A stretch of 64,000 nucleotides of DNA, taken from the NCBI GenBank assembly GCA_963760795.1, contig CAVXEP010000015.1, positions 32,001 through 96,000 on the forward strand, written 5' to 3'. Within the stretch, counting starts at the first letter, position 1, and every line of letters begins with the position of its first letter. The notes below the pieces were generated by a model. It was not told the DNA's origin. It saw only the letters and a list, made by a program, of their open reading frames with translations, and did not search any database. A program made the position numbers and the translations under genes. Origin of the DNA: an uncultured delta proteobacterium (GTDB lineage: Bacteria > Desulfobacterota > Binatia > UBA9968). Shown here piece after piece: positions 10,115 to 20,132 of the stretch.

Positions 10115-11107
10115 TCAGCGCCGCGCGCCCGGCCCAAACACATGGCAGGATACGCCATGGCCGTCAGCGCTAAACTCCAGCGGCGGCTCGATCTGGCTGC
10201 AGGCGGCTTCGCGGTAGGCGCAACGCGGATGGAAGGTGCAGCCGGACGGTGGATTGACCGGACTCGGCACATCGCCTTCGAGCACCACGCGTTCTTTTTT
10301 CTTGTTCATGTCGGGGATCGGCACGGCGGAAAGCAGCGCCCGGGTATAAGGATGCTTGGCGTCGCGGTAAATCGTGTCGCTCTTGGCGATCTCGACGACT
10401 TTGCCGAGATACATGATCGCTACTCGATGGCTGATATGTTCGACGACGCGCAGATCGTGGGAGATGAACAGATAAGTCAAATGCATCTTCTCTTGCAGTT
10501 CCTGCAACAGGTTGATGATCTGCGCCTGGATCGACACATCGAGAGACGACACCGGCTCGTCGCAGACGATAAATTTGGGACTGACCGCCAAGGCGCGGGC
10601 GATACCGATGCGCTGGCGCTGGCCGCCGCTGAACTCATGGGGATAGCGATCGAAGTGATCCTCGCGCAGACCGACCTGGTGGAGCAACTCCATCACCCGC
10701 TCGCGCTTGGCTTTGCCCTTGGCGAGCTTGTGAATCTCCAATCCCTCGCCGACGATGTCGCCGACGCGCATGCGCGGGTTGAGCGAGGCGTAGGGATCTT
10801 GAAAGATAATCTGCATCTCGCGCCGGGCGTCGCGCAGCTCGCGCTGCGACATGGACAGCAAATTCTTGCCGAGAAAATTGATTTCGCCAGCGGTCGGCTC
10901 GATCAAGCGCAGGATCGTCCGCCCTAGGGTCGACTTGCCGCAACCCGACTCGCCGACCAAGCCGAGCGTCTCGCCCTCTTCGATCGACAAATTGACGCCG
11001 TCAACCGCCTTGACGGCGCCCTTGCCGCGCGAGAATAGTCCTTCTCCGACCGGGAAGTGTTTTTTTAAGTTGCGAATTTCTAGCAAGCTCATCGGCAAAA
11101 ATCCCAT
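10115..11107 (-). CDS. oppF: Oligo/dipeptide ABC transporter ATPase (OppF/DppF)
   Basis: [20 protein letters not shown] and the C-terminal GC.FHPRC domain. The start may be 11092. Confidence 0.93.
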   Translation of the reverse strand: MGFLPMSLLEIRNLKKHFPVGEGLFSRGKGAVKAVDGVNLSIEEGETLGLVGESGCGKSTLGRTILRLIEPTAGEINFLGKNLLSMSQRELRDARREMQIIFQDPYASLNPRMRVGDIVGEGLEIHKLAKGKAKRERVMELLHQVGLREDHFDRYPHEFSGGQRQRIGIARALAVSPKFIVCDEPVSSLDVSIQAQIINLLQELQEKMHLTYLFISHDLRVVEHISHRVAIMYLGKVVEIAKSDTIYRDAKHPYTRALLSAVPIPDMNKKKERVVLEGDVPSPVNPPSGCTFHPRCAYREAACSQIEPPLEFSADGHGVSCHVFGPGARR

Positions 11108-11111
11108 GTCC

Positions 11112-11171
11112 AGGATAGTGGATCGAGGATCGAGGGTGGCAATCTTCTATCCTCCATCTGCCATCTTCGAT
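11112..11171. repeat. Heptamer tandem-repeat hairpin (GAGGATC/GATCCTC family)
   Basis: aggatag tggatcg aggatcg agggtgg | cttctat cctccat ctgccat cttcgat. Confidence 0.7.
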
Positions 11172-12172
11172 TAAACTTCCGCATTGACCCCCAACCTCGT
11201 CTCGGAATGCGGGAAATGACAAGCCACCGTATGCCCCGGCTCCTTCTCCACCAACTCGGGTTCGGTCTGGGCGCACAGATCGGCGGCCTTCGGGCAGCGA
11301 TCGCGAAAGCGGCAACCGCTCGGCAAATGGAGCGGGTTGGGCACCACACCGGGGATCGCGTCCAAGCGATGCCTTTTCGCGCCGCCGGTGCGCGGCAAGG
11401 AGTTGAGCAGGCCTACCGTATAAGGATGAAACGGCTTGGTGAAAATCTCCCGCGTATTCGAGCGCTCGACCATCTTGCCGGCGTACATGATCGCGACATC
11501 GTCGGCCTGCTCGGCGACCACGCCGAGATCATGGGTGATCAACAACAGAGCCATGCCGATCTTCTGCTGCAACTCTTTCATCAGATCGAGGATCTGGGCT
11601 TGAATCGTCACGTCGAGCGCGGTGGTCGGCTCATCGGCGATCAAGAGCGACGGATTGCACGACAGCGCCATGGCGATCATGACCCGTTGGCGCATGCCGC
11701 CGCTCAACTGATGGGGATAGGCATCGACGCGGGATTCAGGATCGGCGATCTTCACCAGCCGGAGCATTTCGATGGTTTTCGCTCGAGTCGCCTGCTTGTT
11801 CAGCCCTTGGTGCAGCTTGATCGCTTCGCCGATCTGATTGCCGACGGTAAAAACCGGATTGAGCGAGGTCATCGGCTCCTGGAAGATCATCGAGATCTCG
11901 TTGCCTCGGATCTTGCGCATCTCCTCGTTACCGAGCTTGAGCAGATCCTTGCCGCGGTAGACGATCTCGCCGCCGACAATTTTCCCCGGCGGCGACGGGA
12001 TCAGCCGCATGATCGACAACGAAGTGACGCTCTTGCCGCAGCCGGACTCGCCGACCAGCCCAAGAGTCTTGCTCTCGTCGATCTCGAAGCTAATGCCGTC
12101 GATGGCGCGTACTTCGCCTTCCGGTGTGAAGAAAGAAGTCTGGAGGTTTTTGACTTGGAGTAGGTCCGCCAT
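11171..12172 (-). CDS. oppD: Oligo/dipeptide ABC transporter ATPase (OppD/DppD)
   Basis: [52 protein letters not shown]. Confidence 0.95.
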   Translation of the reverse strand: MADLLQVKNLQTSFFTPEGEVRAIDGISFEIDESKTLGLVGESGCGKSVTSLSIMRLIPSPPGKIVGGEIVYRGKDLLKLGNEEMRKIRGNEISMIFQEPMTSLNPVFTVGNQIGEAIKLHQGLNKQATRAKTIEMLRLVKIADPESRVDAYPHQLSGGMRQRVMIAMALSCNPSLLIADEPTTALDVTIQAQILDLMKELQQKIGMALLLITHDLGVVAEQADDVAIMYAGKMVERSNTREIFTKPFHPYTVGLLNSLPRTGGAKRHRLDAIPGVVPNPLHLPSGCRFRDRCPKAADLCAQTEPELVEKEPGHTVACHFPHSETRLGVNAEV

Positions 12173-12198
12173 GGTGACAAAGTCGCGTTTGGGTTAAC

Positions 12199-12438
12199 TC
12201 ACGTTGTACGGCCTCCGCGCACCCGATTCAACATGCGCGGCTCCAAAATATCGCGAATTGCATCTCCCATAGCATTAAATCCCAGCACTGCCAACATGAT
12301 GAGTAGTCCGGGAAACACCGCCAGATGCGGAGGGAAGCGCAATTAAGGGCTGCCCGCGCGCACCATGCCGCCCCAAGCGGGCAGAGTCGGATCGACGTCG
12401 AGGCCGAGAAAACTCAGGCCCGCCTCCGCCTTGATCGC
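12199..12438 (-). pseudogene. 3' remnant of a DppC/OppC permease with an internal stop
   Basis: AIKAEAGLSFLGLDVDPTLPAWGGMVRAGSP*LRFPPHLAVFPGLLIMLAVLGFNAMGDAIRDILEPR; TAA at 12343-12345; no 5' part. Confidence 0.85.
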
Positions 12439-12439
12439 C

Positions 12440-12637
12440 CGCTGCCGTCTGTTCGGCATCGACAAGTTTGAAGCCCTCAACCGCAAAGGAATCTCTGCAA
12501 ACCCCGTCGCCGATCTCTATACCGTGCTGGAGCACAGCAACCCCGATTCAACCGGAGTCTTTACCGGCAGCCACTTGGGCCAGCGCCCGCAGACTTTTCC
12601 CACCTTGGTTAGCTGGCTGAAAATCCGTCTGGCCTAG
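12440..12637 (+). pseudogene. 3' remnant of an alpha/beta hydrolase paralogous to 22603..23730
   Basis: NPVADLYTVLEHSNP..GSHLGQ..LVSWLKIRLA aligns with HPISDLYLLAEHGSP..AGHMG..VTHWLKEKLA. Confidence 0.7.
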
Positions 12638-12725
12638 CGTGCTAGAATTTTCTTTGCTGCCTGCGCACTTGCATTAACAGTTGGCTTTGGTCGAAGCATG
12701 ACGTAGAATTTCCCGGCATCATGTT

Positions 12726-13979
12726 ATGCACTTATTAAGCAGAATTCTCACCATACTTTCGTACCTGCTGCCGCTTGTACTGGTCGCGGCCATTTACATG
12801 GCAATCGACCTCCACCCGACCGTCAGGCGTGCCGCCGAAATTACCCCAGGCAATATTCAGAGTGCGCGGCAGATCCTGGCACAAAACGACCCGCGTAAAC
12901 CGGCATACCGGACTCGCCAATCACTCACGCTAAACCAGCAAGATCTCGATCTAGCCGCCAATTACCTCGCATACTTTTACGCCAACGGCGGTGCTCGGCT
13001 CACCGTAGGCAACGGCAGGATCGATTTGACCGCCAGCCTGCGGCCGCCGAAAGCACCGGTGATTTTTTATTTCAATATCGGCGCGATCCTTTCCAGCGGC
13101 GGGCCAGCGCTACAATTCGAGGAACTTCGCATTGGTCAGCTGCCACTGCCAGGGTCCGTTGGCCATTGGTTAGTCAAACTGATCGGCACACAGCTGATTG
13201 GAAAAGATGCCTACGACCTGGTCAATGATGCCATTAAGCGAGTAGAGATTAGAAATGGCCAAATCGTGGTTGGCTACGAATGGCCAGCTTCGTCAACCGG
13301 CCAACTCACCGCGGCGGTAATTTCAGCAGAGGATCAAGAGCGGCTTCGTGTCTATCAAGAACGTTTGGCGTTAATCAACAGTTCGCCCAAAACACGAAAT
13401 GTCCCTCTGGCCGAACTCTCCGCCGCCCTGTTTGAACTCGCCACATTTCGCTCACAACAATTCAGCGCCGCAGGTGAGAATCGCGCCGCCCTTGTCGTCC
13501 TGGCTTTCTATGTCAGCGGCAATTCGCTCGGCAGGTTATTACCGGCGGCCAATAGTTGGCCGCGGCCGACTGAGCAGGTCGTTACGCTCAACGGCCGTGA
13601 CGACTTCGCCAAACACTTTATCGTCTCCGCCGCGCTCGCCGCCAGCACCGGCAGCCCGCTTGCAGACGCCGCGGGGCTCTATAAAGAAATCGCTGACTCA
13701 CGCGCCAGCAGCGGCTTTTCCTTTAGCGATATCGCCGCCGACCGTGCCGGCACGCGCTTTGGAGAGCTTGCCGCCGGAATCACCAGCGCGCAGAAATTTC
13801 AGCAACGGTTATCCGGCGGAATTGCTGAAAAAGACATCATGCCCGCCACTGCCGATCTGCCGGAATTCATGCCGGAGGCGGAGTTCAAGCGCCGCTTCGG
13901 CAGCGTCAATGGAGTCGAATACAAAAAGATGATGGCGGAAATCGAGCGGCGCGTCGCAGCGTTGCCGATTTACCGGTGA
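12726..13979 (+). CDS. Membrane-anchored hypothetical protein with a YfiM-like C-terminal motif
   Basis: N-terminal TM helix; DFAKHFIVSA..GLYKEIADSRASSGFSFSDIAADRAG resembles the YfiM D..QHF..SA..KE.WDSR..GSGWS..DL..D..G motif. Confidence 0.65.
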   Translation: MHLLSRILTILSYLLPLVLVAAIYMAIDLHPTVRRAAEITPGNIQSARQILAQNDPRKPAYRTRQSLTLNQQDLDLAANYLAYFYANGGARLTVGNGRIDLTASLRPPKAPVIFYFNIGAILSSGGPALQFEELRIGQLPLPGSVGHWLVKLIGTQLIGKDAYDLVNDAIKRVEIRNGQIVVGYEWPASSTGQLTAAVISAEDQERLRVYQERLALINSSPKTRNVPLAELSAALFELATFRSQQFSAAGENRAALVVLAFYVSGNSLGRLLPAANSWPRPTEQVVTLNGRDDFAKHFIVSAALAASTGSPLADAAGLYKEIADSRASSGFSFSDIAADRAGTRFGELAAGITSAQKFQQRLSGGIAEKDIMPATADLPEFMPEAEFKRRFGSVNGVEYKKMMAEIERRVAALPIYR

Positions 13980-14520
13980 GGCATTAAGACAATTTGGTGG
14001 GACATTTCGTACGCCGTTGTGAAGCTAAGTGCATGTCCGTCAAACCGGGGATAACTTATAGTGTTACCTAATTGACTGTCCGCGAAACTTGGCATAGCTC
14101 ATCCCGACCCATTTGGATTTCCCGCTTTTCATTAAAAGCTTAAAATTTCCCAAGGCGTGTTGAAAAGACCTCCGCCCAAAGGCCCGGTAAAAAACACCAT
14201 CGGTCTGTTCAAGCTAACCCACGAAGCCCGGTCACAACCCAAGATATTCCTAATCCTCGACCTAGTCGTCGCGGCGATCTCCGACCACCCACTGGGAGGC
14301 TACGAGTTAGTCTTGAAAGGTTCCGAACTCTTTGTGAATGGGAAATTAATCGAGAAGGCTCCGCGCAGTAAGGAGCTGTGCTTTATCATACTGTTAAACT
14401 TCCTCACTACGGAGACAAGAACAATAAGCGACTACCAGAGCTGCACTGCTTCCTGATTCGGCCTCTGATTCGGCCCCCACTTCTAATTGACAGCACTATA
14501 GAGGACCGCACCCGCTATAG

Positions 14521-15516
14521 CTAAAGGTAGCGAGACAGCCGGGGCGTAAAGTAAGCGTGCATTCGTTCGATGCCTTGTTCGAGAGAAGTTGACGGGAACC
14601 ATCCGGTTATTTGGCCGAGTTTAGCGGTATCGAAGTGAACGTCGCCGGTTTCAACGTGCTCGTAATTTTCCGGCCATGGGACGTATTCGATTGAGCCTTT
14701 CTGCAAAACGCGGACAATCGTTTCAGCCATGGTTCGAAACGGGACCGATCGGCCAAAACCGCAATTGAATATCTCCCCGGCCGCAAATGGCGCCACACCG
14801 ACGGCAAGGAAGGCGTTGGCAATATCCGTGGCATAAATGTAATCGCGCATCTGATTGCCGTCACCGAAAATCTTGATCGGGATTCCTTCGAGCGCCAATC
14901 GCATGAACCAGCCGGGTAGCGAATATTTGCTATGCTGTAATTGTTGACGTTCACCATATGGATTAGTGATGCGCAGAACCGCCGTCTTGAGGCCGTAGAG
15001 GCTGGCATAAAGCCGGTGGTATTTTTCAGCCGCGAGCTTATGAACGCCATAAAGAGAAAGCGGCTCAGTGGGATGATCTTCCCGCACCGGCTGGTTAACG
15101 ATTTTGCCGAGCACCAGCCGGGAGCTCGCGAAAATCACTTTAATATCTCGCTGACATTGGCGACAGAGTTCCAGTAGCTGGAGCGTCCCACGAGCATTGA
15201 TGTCGAGGTCGTCAAACGGCATGTGAGCGCTGTCGATGTAGCTCACCTGCGCGGCGAGGTGAAAAATAATATCAACATCCGCGATCAACGGGCGAATCAG
15301 AGATTCATTTCTAAAATCGCCGATACATAGTGCAATGCCTTCGCGAATTTCCTCGATGTTGGTTAAATTGCCGCCGTAAAGGGGTGCCAAAGAATCGATA
15401 ATAGTAACTTTGGCGCCGTAACGTACCAGCTTATGCGCGATATTACTGCCGATAAAACCTAATCCGCCAGTTATAAGCACGCGCGTGCCACGATACTCCT
15501 CAAAATTAACCATCAA
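14521..15516 (-). CDS. NAD-dependent nucleotide-sugar epimerase/dehydratase
   Basis: TGGLGFIG, YGVHK (YxxxK), IFGDGNQMRDYIY. Confidence 0.92.
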   Translation of the reverse strand: MMVNFEEYRGTRVLITGGLGFIGSNIAHKLVRYGAKVTIIDSLAPLYGGNLTNIEEIREGIALCIGDFRNESLIRPLIADVDIIFHLAAQVSYIDSAHMPFDDLDINARGTLQLLELCRQCQRDIKVIFASSRLVLGKIVNQPVREDHPTEPLSLYGVHKLAAEKYHRLYASLYGLKTAVLRITNPYGERQQLQHSKYSLPGWFMRLALEGIPIKIFGDGNQMRDYIYATDIANAFLAVGVAPFAAGEIFNCGFGRSVPFRTMAETIVRVLQKGSIEYVPWPENYEHVETGDVHFDTAKLGQITGWFPSTSLEQGIERMHAYFTPRLSRYL

Positions 15517-16498
15517 GACTATCCTTGGCTGCGTTGAACCCGACCAAATCCCCGATGATATACAAGGGTCGTCCTTTCAACTCATCGTAGATTCTACCGA
15601 TGTATTGCCCGATCATTCCCAGGATCGTTAGCTGAACGCAGCCGATGAAAAGCACGATGGCGACCAGCGAGGCCCATCCTTGAACCGGCACGCCCCAGAC
15701 CGCGTTGGCGATCATGATATAAGCGAAATAAGTTATACATAAGCTCACGCCTAAGAAACCAAGCCAGGTCGCAATCCGTAGCGGCACGTCAGAAAATGAC
15801 ACCACCGCATCGAAGGCTAGCCGCACTAAGCGACCGATCGAATATTGAGATTTGCCTGCCCAACGGGGGGCACGTTTATAATACACCGGCGCCTGTGGGT
15901 AGCCGAGCCAACCCACCATCCCCCGAACGAAGCGCGCCCGTTCCCGAAGCTGGTTAAAACTATCCATGGCCCGGCGACTTAGCAGGCGGAAATCGCCAGA
16001 ATCTAGAGCGATTTCGGTCTTTGTGAGCTTCCTTAGGATGCGATAAAAGATTGAGGCGGTTAGCCGCTTGAAGCGCGATTCTCCGGCTCGTTCAAGTCGG
16101 ACTCCATAGACGATATCGTAACCTTCGCGCCACTTTTGGAGAAACTCGGGAATCGCTTCGGGGGGGTCCTGGAGATCAGCATCCATCACCAGAACGGCGT
16201 CACCTTTGCTCAGGTCAAATCCTGCGGTGATAGCGAATTGATGGCCAAAATTCCTGGTTAATTGAATCAACTTGACGCGAGAGTCGGATTCACGGACTGA
16301 TTTAATTACATCGCGCGAATTGTCGCCGCTTCCGTCATCGACGCAGATAATTTCATAATCTTTCAGTCCCGCTTGACCCAAGATTTCGGATAGTCTTTGC
16401 AAGAGCTCTTGAAGGCAGTCGGCATTGTTAAACACCGGCAGCACTACCGTCAATGTGATAGGTATCCGGGTGGCAATGGCCGTCTCAGGCGACATCAT
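15506..16498 (-). CDS. GT2 polyprenol-phosphate glycosyltransferase (GtrB/ArnC-like)
   Basis: VDDGSGD, LTRNFGHQ, MDADLQDPPE, GDFRLL, two C-terminal TM helices, RPLYI. Confidence 0.93.
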   Translation of the reverse strand: MMSPETAIATRIPITLTVVLPVFNNADCLQELLQRLSEILGQAGLKDYEIICVDDGSGDNSRDVIKSVRESDSRVKLIQLTRNFGHQFAITAGFDLSKGDAVLVMDADLQDPPEAIPEFLQKWREGYDIVYGVRLERAGESRFKRLTASIFYRILRKLTKTEIALDSGDFRLLSRRAMDSFNQLRERARFVRGMVGWLGYPQAPVYYKRAPRWAGKSQYSIGRLVRLAFDAVVSFSDVPLRIATWLGFLGVSLCITYFAYIMIANAVWGVPVQGWASLVAIVLFIGCVQLTILGMIGQYIGRIYDELKGRPLYIIGDLVGFNAAKDSLDG

Positions 16499-17244
16499 CA
16501 GCGAATTCCAATATTCGTGTTTAGATATTCGTCAATCTGAGTCAGAGATTTTTTGGCCGCGCTTATGACGTATTGCGCTCCGATTGGACACCAGCCGAGA
16601 AATCGTTCGACGGGACGACACCCGGACAATAACCTTGGAAAGAACACTATGTAGTCCCGCCGGATGACTCGGAGCTCGGCATCGCGCATGTGCTCGATCA
16701 CATGCTGGGGCTTGACTAAAACAGCATCGCGATCGAACGCACATTGTTTGACTACCCAGCGAGTTACCGGGTTTAGTGGATTGTGCTCGAAGACGATTAA
16801 TTTGCCGTTCGCTGCTAAACGACCTGAAAGATCGCGAAAGATATTGCCGCGCTCGCCCACGGGGACATGATGCAAGACTGCCGCCATTACGATGGCATCA
16901 TAGTCATGATCGAGGCGCCCAAGGTCGCTGGTGAAGCATCCTGATTGTGCAAGACTAGTATCGACGCTGGCAATCGATGCCGCTGAGACATCGTAACCGT
17001 GCTGAATCGCGCCTGGAAAGTATTTTTTCAAGGCAGCTGAAAGCAGCCCTACGCCGCAACCGTAGTCGAGAATTTTCTTTCGGCGCCCGTTTGCGCCCAA
17101 GGCCGCCGCCATATAGCTGGCCTTATAATCGGCAAAATAATGCGACGTCTCTCCCGAGAGGGCAACACATTGGTCCAGCAACTTGCGATAGCTTTGCCCA
17201 TATTGGTCGAAATCCGCCACTGAATAATTTCCTCGGCAATTCAA
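16498..17244 (-). CDS. Class I SAM-dependent methyltransferase
   Basis: ILDYGCGVG, VLHHVP, FEHNPLNP. The start may be the GTG at ~17220. Confidence 0.88.
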   Translation of the reverse strand: MNCRGNYSVADFDQYGQSYRKLLDQCVALSGETSHYFADYKASYMAAALGANGRRKKILDYGCGVGLLSAALKKYFPGAIQHGYDVSAASIASVDTSLAQSGCFTSDLGRLDHDYDAIVMAAVLHHVPVGERGNIFRDLSGRLAANGKLIVFEHNPLNPVTRWVVKQCAFDRDAVLVKPQHVIEHMRDAELRVIRRDYIVFFPRLLSGCRPVERFLGWCPIGAQYVISAAKKSLTQIDEYLNTNIGIR

Positions 17245-17699
17245 GAGTCGATATGCGACCCGCTGCTGTGTCTAGCATATAGAGCTCCATTGTGAAACCA
17301 CCGGGGTAAACGATCTTGCCACAATGGGTCATAGTCCCATTGGGCGAAAGAGTGGGTTCTGTGAAAAGAGAAGATTCTGCTGACAAGTCTCTGCCAAAAA
17401 TAATTTAAACCCTTTTCACTCACAATTACCCCACAATGAACGCCACTCATGGCCGCAGCTTCGGCAGCTACTGGCCTACCAAGATTAAGCTCCGCTGACA
17501 GAATGGTTACAGATCCTCCACAGTGTAAGGCCCCCCTTAGTCGGTTAACCTCACGCTATGGCCGCACCGACCTTTGAATTCTAGCGCCGTCATCGGATAG
17601 TATAAAGGCCACATTGTCGCGTGCCCTGGTCGCGAATCGGCATTTCCAATGCGATGATCGACACCGGAAGCCATTACTCTCTTTAACGTGAGGTAAGTC

Positions 17700-18905
17700 T
17701 TGCGAAAAACTGCGATCCAGTCGAAAGCGAACCTGAGCAATCAGAGCGAATCCGCAGCTACCGTTTCCTTTGCCTCAAGCCGTGACATTGTTATCTTTTC
17801 CATCATTATGTTCGCAATTGCGCTCCGACTCACGGCATTATTCATCCCGCACAACGAGGCAGACGAAGTGATCTATCTGACGCTCGCGGAAAAAGTAACC
17901 CAGAACTTTTCCGATTACACGCTTCAGGGCACACCCCTGCTTGCCAAACTGCCTAAAGCGACCTACGATCAACCGATCTTCCTCCGCCCGCCGTTGTTTG
18001 TATATTTGCTGGCTTTCTTCGGGATTTTTCACGCCCAAGTTTTTCTCCCGTTACTATCCGCTTTAGGAACTCTGTGGACCACCTCGGCAATCGCCACGAA
18101 ACTCTCGAAGCAGAATAACCAAATGATTCTCAGTTGCTTGGTATTATCCTTTTGTCCCATCCTACTTTTTTCATCGGTTAGAATTCTCATTGACATTGTT
18201 TTGGCTCTATTGGTCAGCCTTTGTGTACTGATAACGATTCTCGCGATCGAAAAAGCGAAAACACCTATTTTCGCGATAGCGGGATTGATCTTTGGTCTGG
18301 CCCTCTTGACCAAAGAATCGGCGGTTTTCATATTGCCAGTAATACTTTATTTAATTCTTAGGCCCGGAATTAACCTCCAAAGCCTAATATCAATTGCTTG
18401 TTTTGCAGTTGCTGCACTTTTAATTTCCACTCCATGGTTTCTTTATTTTTTTAAAGTCACCGGTTCTTTTGCTCGCGGTGCCGTGATTGATGCGGAATAC
18501 CTCCAAGTGCCCTTTATCAAGATGGCGGTGGAGAGAAGCTGGTATTTCTATTTCCTGCATGTCGCGCTGATTTCACCGGTTTATTTGTTCGGCTACTTTG
18601 AGATCATCGAGCGATTACGCAAGCGCGAGAGTCTTACGGAAGTTATCTGGGTGTTATCTTATTTCATCCCCTTGACCGTTCATGGTTTTATGGGGAATAG
18701 CTATCAAACGCGATACATTTTGCCCGCCATACCCGCCCTTGCGCTTCTCACCGCTGCTTCGCTGAATAGGCAAAAGCATTGGGCACAATTGACCGCCGTA
18801 GTGCTGCTGGCTTATGAACTATTGACGGGAATCCTCAATTCCGTCGTATTCAAACTCGCCGATGTGTTTTCGCCCTTTCAATTTTTCATCGAGCTTATGT
18901 CTTAG
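17700..18905 (+). CDS. GT-C glycosyltransferase (ArnT/PMT_2, GT39-like)
   Basis: First-loop ADEVIY motif, RPPLF, GLALLTKES, RYILPAIPAL; about 11 TM helices; AT-richer than the flanks. Confidence 0.8.
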   Translation: MRKTAIQSKANLSNQSESAATVSFASSRDIVIFSIIMFAIALRLTALFIPHNEADEVIYLTLAEKVTQNFSDYTLQGTPLLAKLPKATYDQPIFLRPPLFVYLLAFFGIFHAQVFLPLLSALGTLWTTSAIATKLSKQNNQMILSCLVLSFCPILLFSSVRILIDIVLALLVSLCVLITILAIEKAKTPIFAIAGLIFGLALLTKESAVFILPVILYLILRPGINLQSLISIACFAVAALLISTPWFLYFFKVTGSFARGAVIDAEYLQVPFIKMAVERSWYFYFLHVALISPVYLFGYFEIIERLRKRESLTEVIWVLSYFIPLTVHGFMGNSYQTRYILPAIPALALLTAASLNRQKHWAQLTAVVLLAYELLTGILNSVVFKLADVFSPFQFFIELMS

Positions 18906-19078
18906 CGATTGAGCCGACTCAGCGCAGCGATCGTCTGGAGCGGCGGTGTGCACTATTTTTTCCAGAAAGATTGACTCAACGAGTCGACCAACACCCGCCC
19001 GCTGCCGCGTGCTCGGCCCGGACAAATTCGCAGATCCGATTAGCCCAGCATCTAGGTTGGGTTTTCGAACAAAATCTC

Positions 19079-19103
19079 GGATTCCGGCCGGCCCCGGAAT
19101 GAC
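19079..19103. repeat. REP-like palindrome
   Basis: ggattccgg-ccggcc-ccggaatgac, of the GGATTCC...GGAATGAC type. Confidence 0.55.
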
Positions 19104-19223
19104 GGAAAGGGAGACCTATTGATTGTGAATTCGACGATCGGTAGATGAATGAGTTAGGATTTGAGCGCACCCTACTTGGCAGATGCAGCTTCGACCCGCC
19201 GTCGATAAAGCCACTAGCATCAA

Positions 19224-19267
19224 CGTTTTAAACGGCTCGAACGCTTGAACGATTGGAACGTTAAACG
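19224..19267. repeat. Degenerate 8-9-mer tandem repeats at the SDR 3' end
   Basis: gtttaaacg gctcgaacg cttgaacg attggaacg ttaaacg. Confidence 0.55.
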
Positions 19268-20044
19268 CTATTTTTGAAACTGCTCTCGCGGAAAATTCGC
19301 CGTCGCCATGACGCCGCCGTCGACGATCAGCGGATGGCCGATGATAAAATTCGAATCATCGCTGACCAGGAACAACGCCGCCTTCGCCTGATCGTCAGCC
19401 GTGCCGAGGCGGCCGGCGAGATTCTGAAATGTCCGGCTGCCCGCCACGTCATCGTCGTAACCCACCGGCGAACCGGAGCGATTGGGCACGATGCAATTGA
19501 CGCGAATGCCGTGCTCCGCCAGCTGCACCGCCATGGCCCGCGTCATGTTGATGACGCCGGCTTTAGCCGCCGCGTAGGCGATGCCGTCGAAGCGGCCGAC
19601 CAAGCCTGATGTCGAACCGAAATTCAAAACTTTGCCGCCGCGTCCCTGGTTCTTCATCTCCATGGCGACATACTTGGTCACCAGATACGGACCTTTCAAA
19701 CTGACGGCGATGACCTTATCGAACTCTTCTTCGGTGCTGTCGAAAATATTGGCGTGATCGGTGAGCGCCGCGTTGTTGACCAGGATATCGATGCCGCCGA
19801 ATTTACCAACCGCTTCTTTCACCATCCGCTGCACATCCCCCGACTTGGAAACATCGCCCAACACTAACGCCGCTTGGCCGCCGGATTGGGTGATCTCGTC
19901 GACCACCGCCTGGCCGCGCCCCTCATGCATCTCGGCGACGACGATCTTCGCGCCTTCGGCGGCGAACAGTTTCGCCATCGACTTGCCGATATTTCTGCCC
20001 GCGCCGGTAATGAGTGCCACTTGATCTTTGAGCTTCATCTTCAA
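19268..20044 (-). CDS. SDR family oxidoreductase
   Basis: TGAGRNIG, DILVNNA, YAAAK. Confidence 0.93.
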   Translation of the reverse strand: MKMKLKDQVALITGAGRNIGKSMAKLFAAEGAKIVVAEMHEGRGQAVVDEITQSGGQAALVLGDVSKSGDVQRMVKEAVGKFGGIDILVNNAALTDHANIFDSTEEEFDKVIAVSLKGPYLVTKYVAMEMKNQGRGGKVLNFGSTSGLVGRFDGIAYAAAKAGVINMTRAMAVQLAEHGIRVNCIVPNRSGSPVGYDDDVAGSRTFQNLAGRLGTADDQAKAALFLVSDDSNFIIGHPLIVDGGVMATANFPREQFQK

Positions 20045-20132
20045 TCCCCTTAATAAAGACTGTTGCGCGCAATCGTAGCGAGCCTATCCGACGACCTGAC
20101 AGTGTGTCAACTAACGGTCCAACACTTTTCCC

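Noticed and set aside
11112-11171. Short repeats as a CRISPR array
   Set aside because: 7-nt degenerate units without spacers; no cas genes in the window.
14157-14456. 99-aa ORF in the AT-rich gap
   Set aside because: No RBS or recognisable motif in the frames examined; it may be decayed sequence but cannot be supported.
17241-17450. 69-aa ORF upstream of the methyltransferase
   Set aside because: No recognisable features; more likely part of the divergent promoter region.
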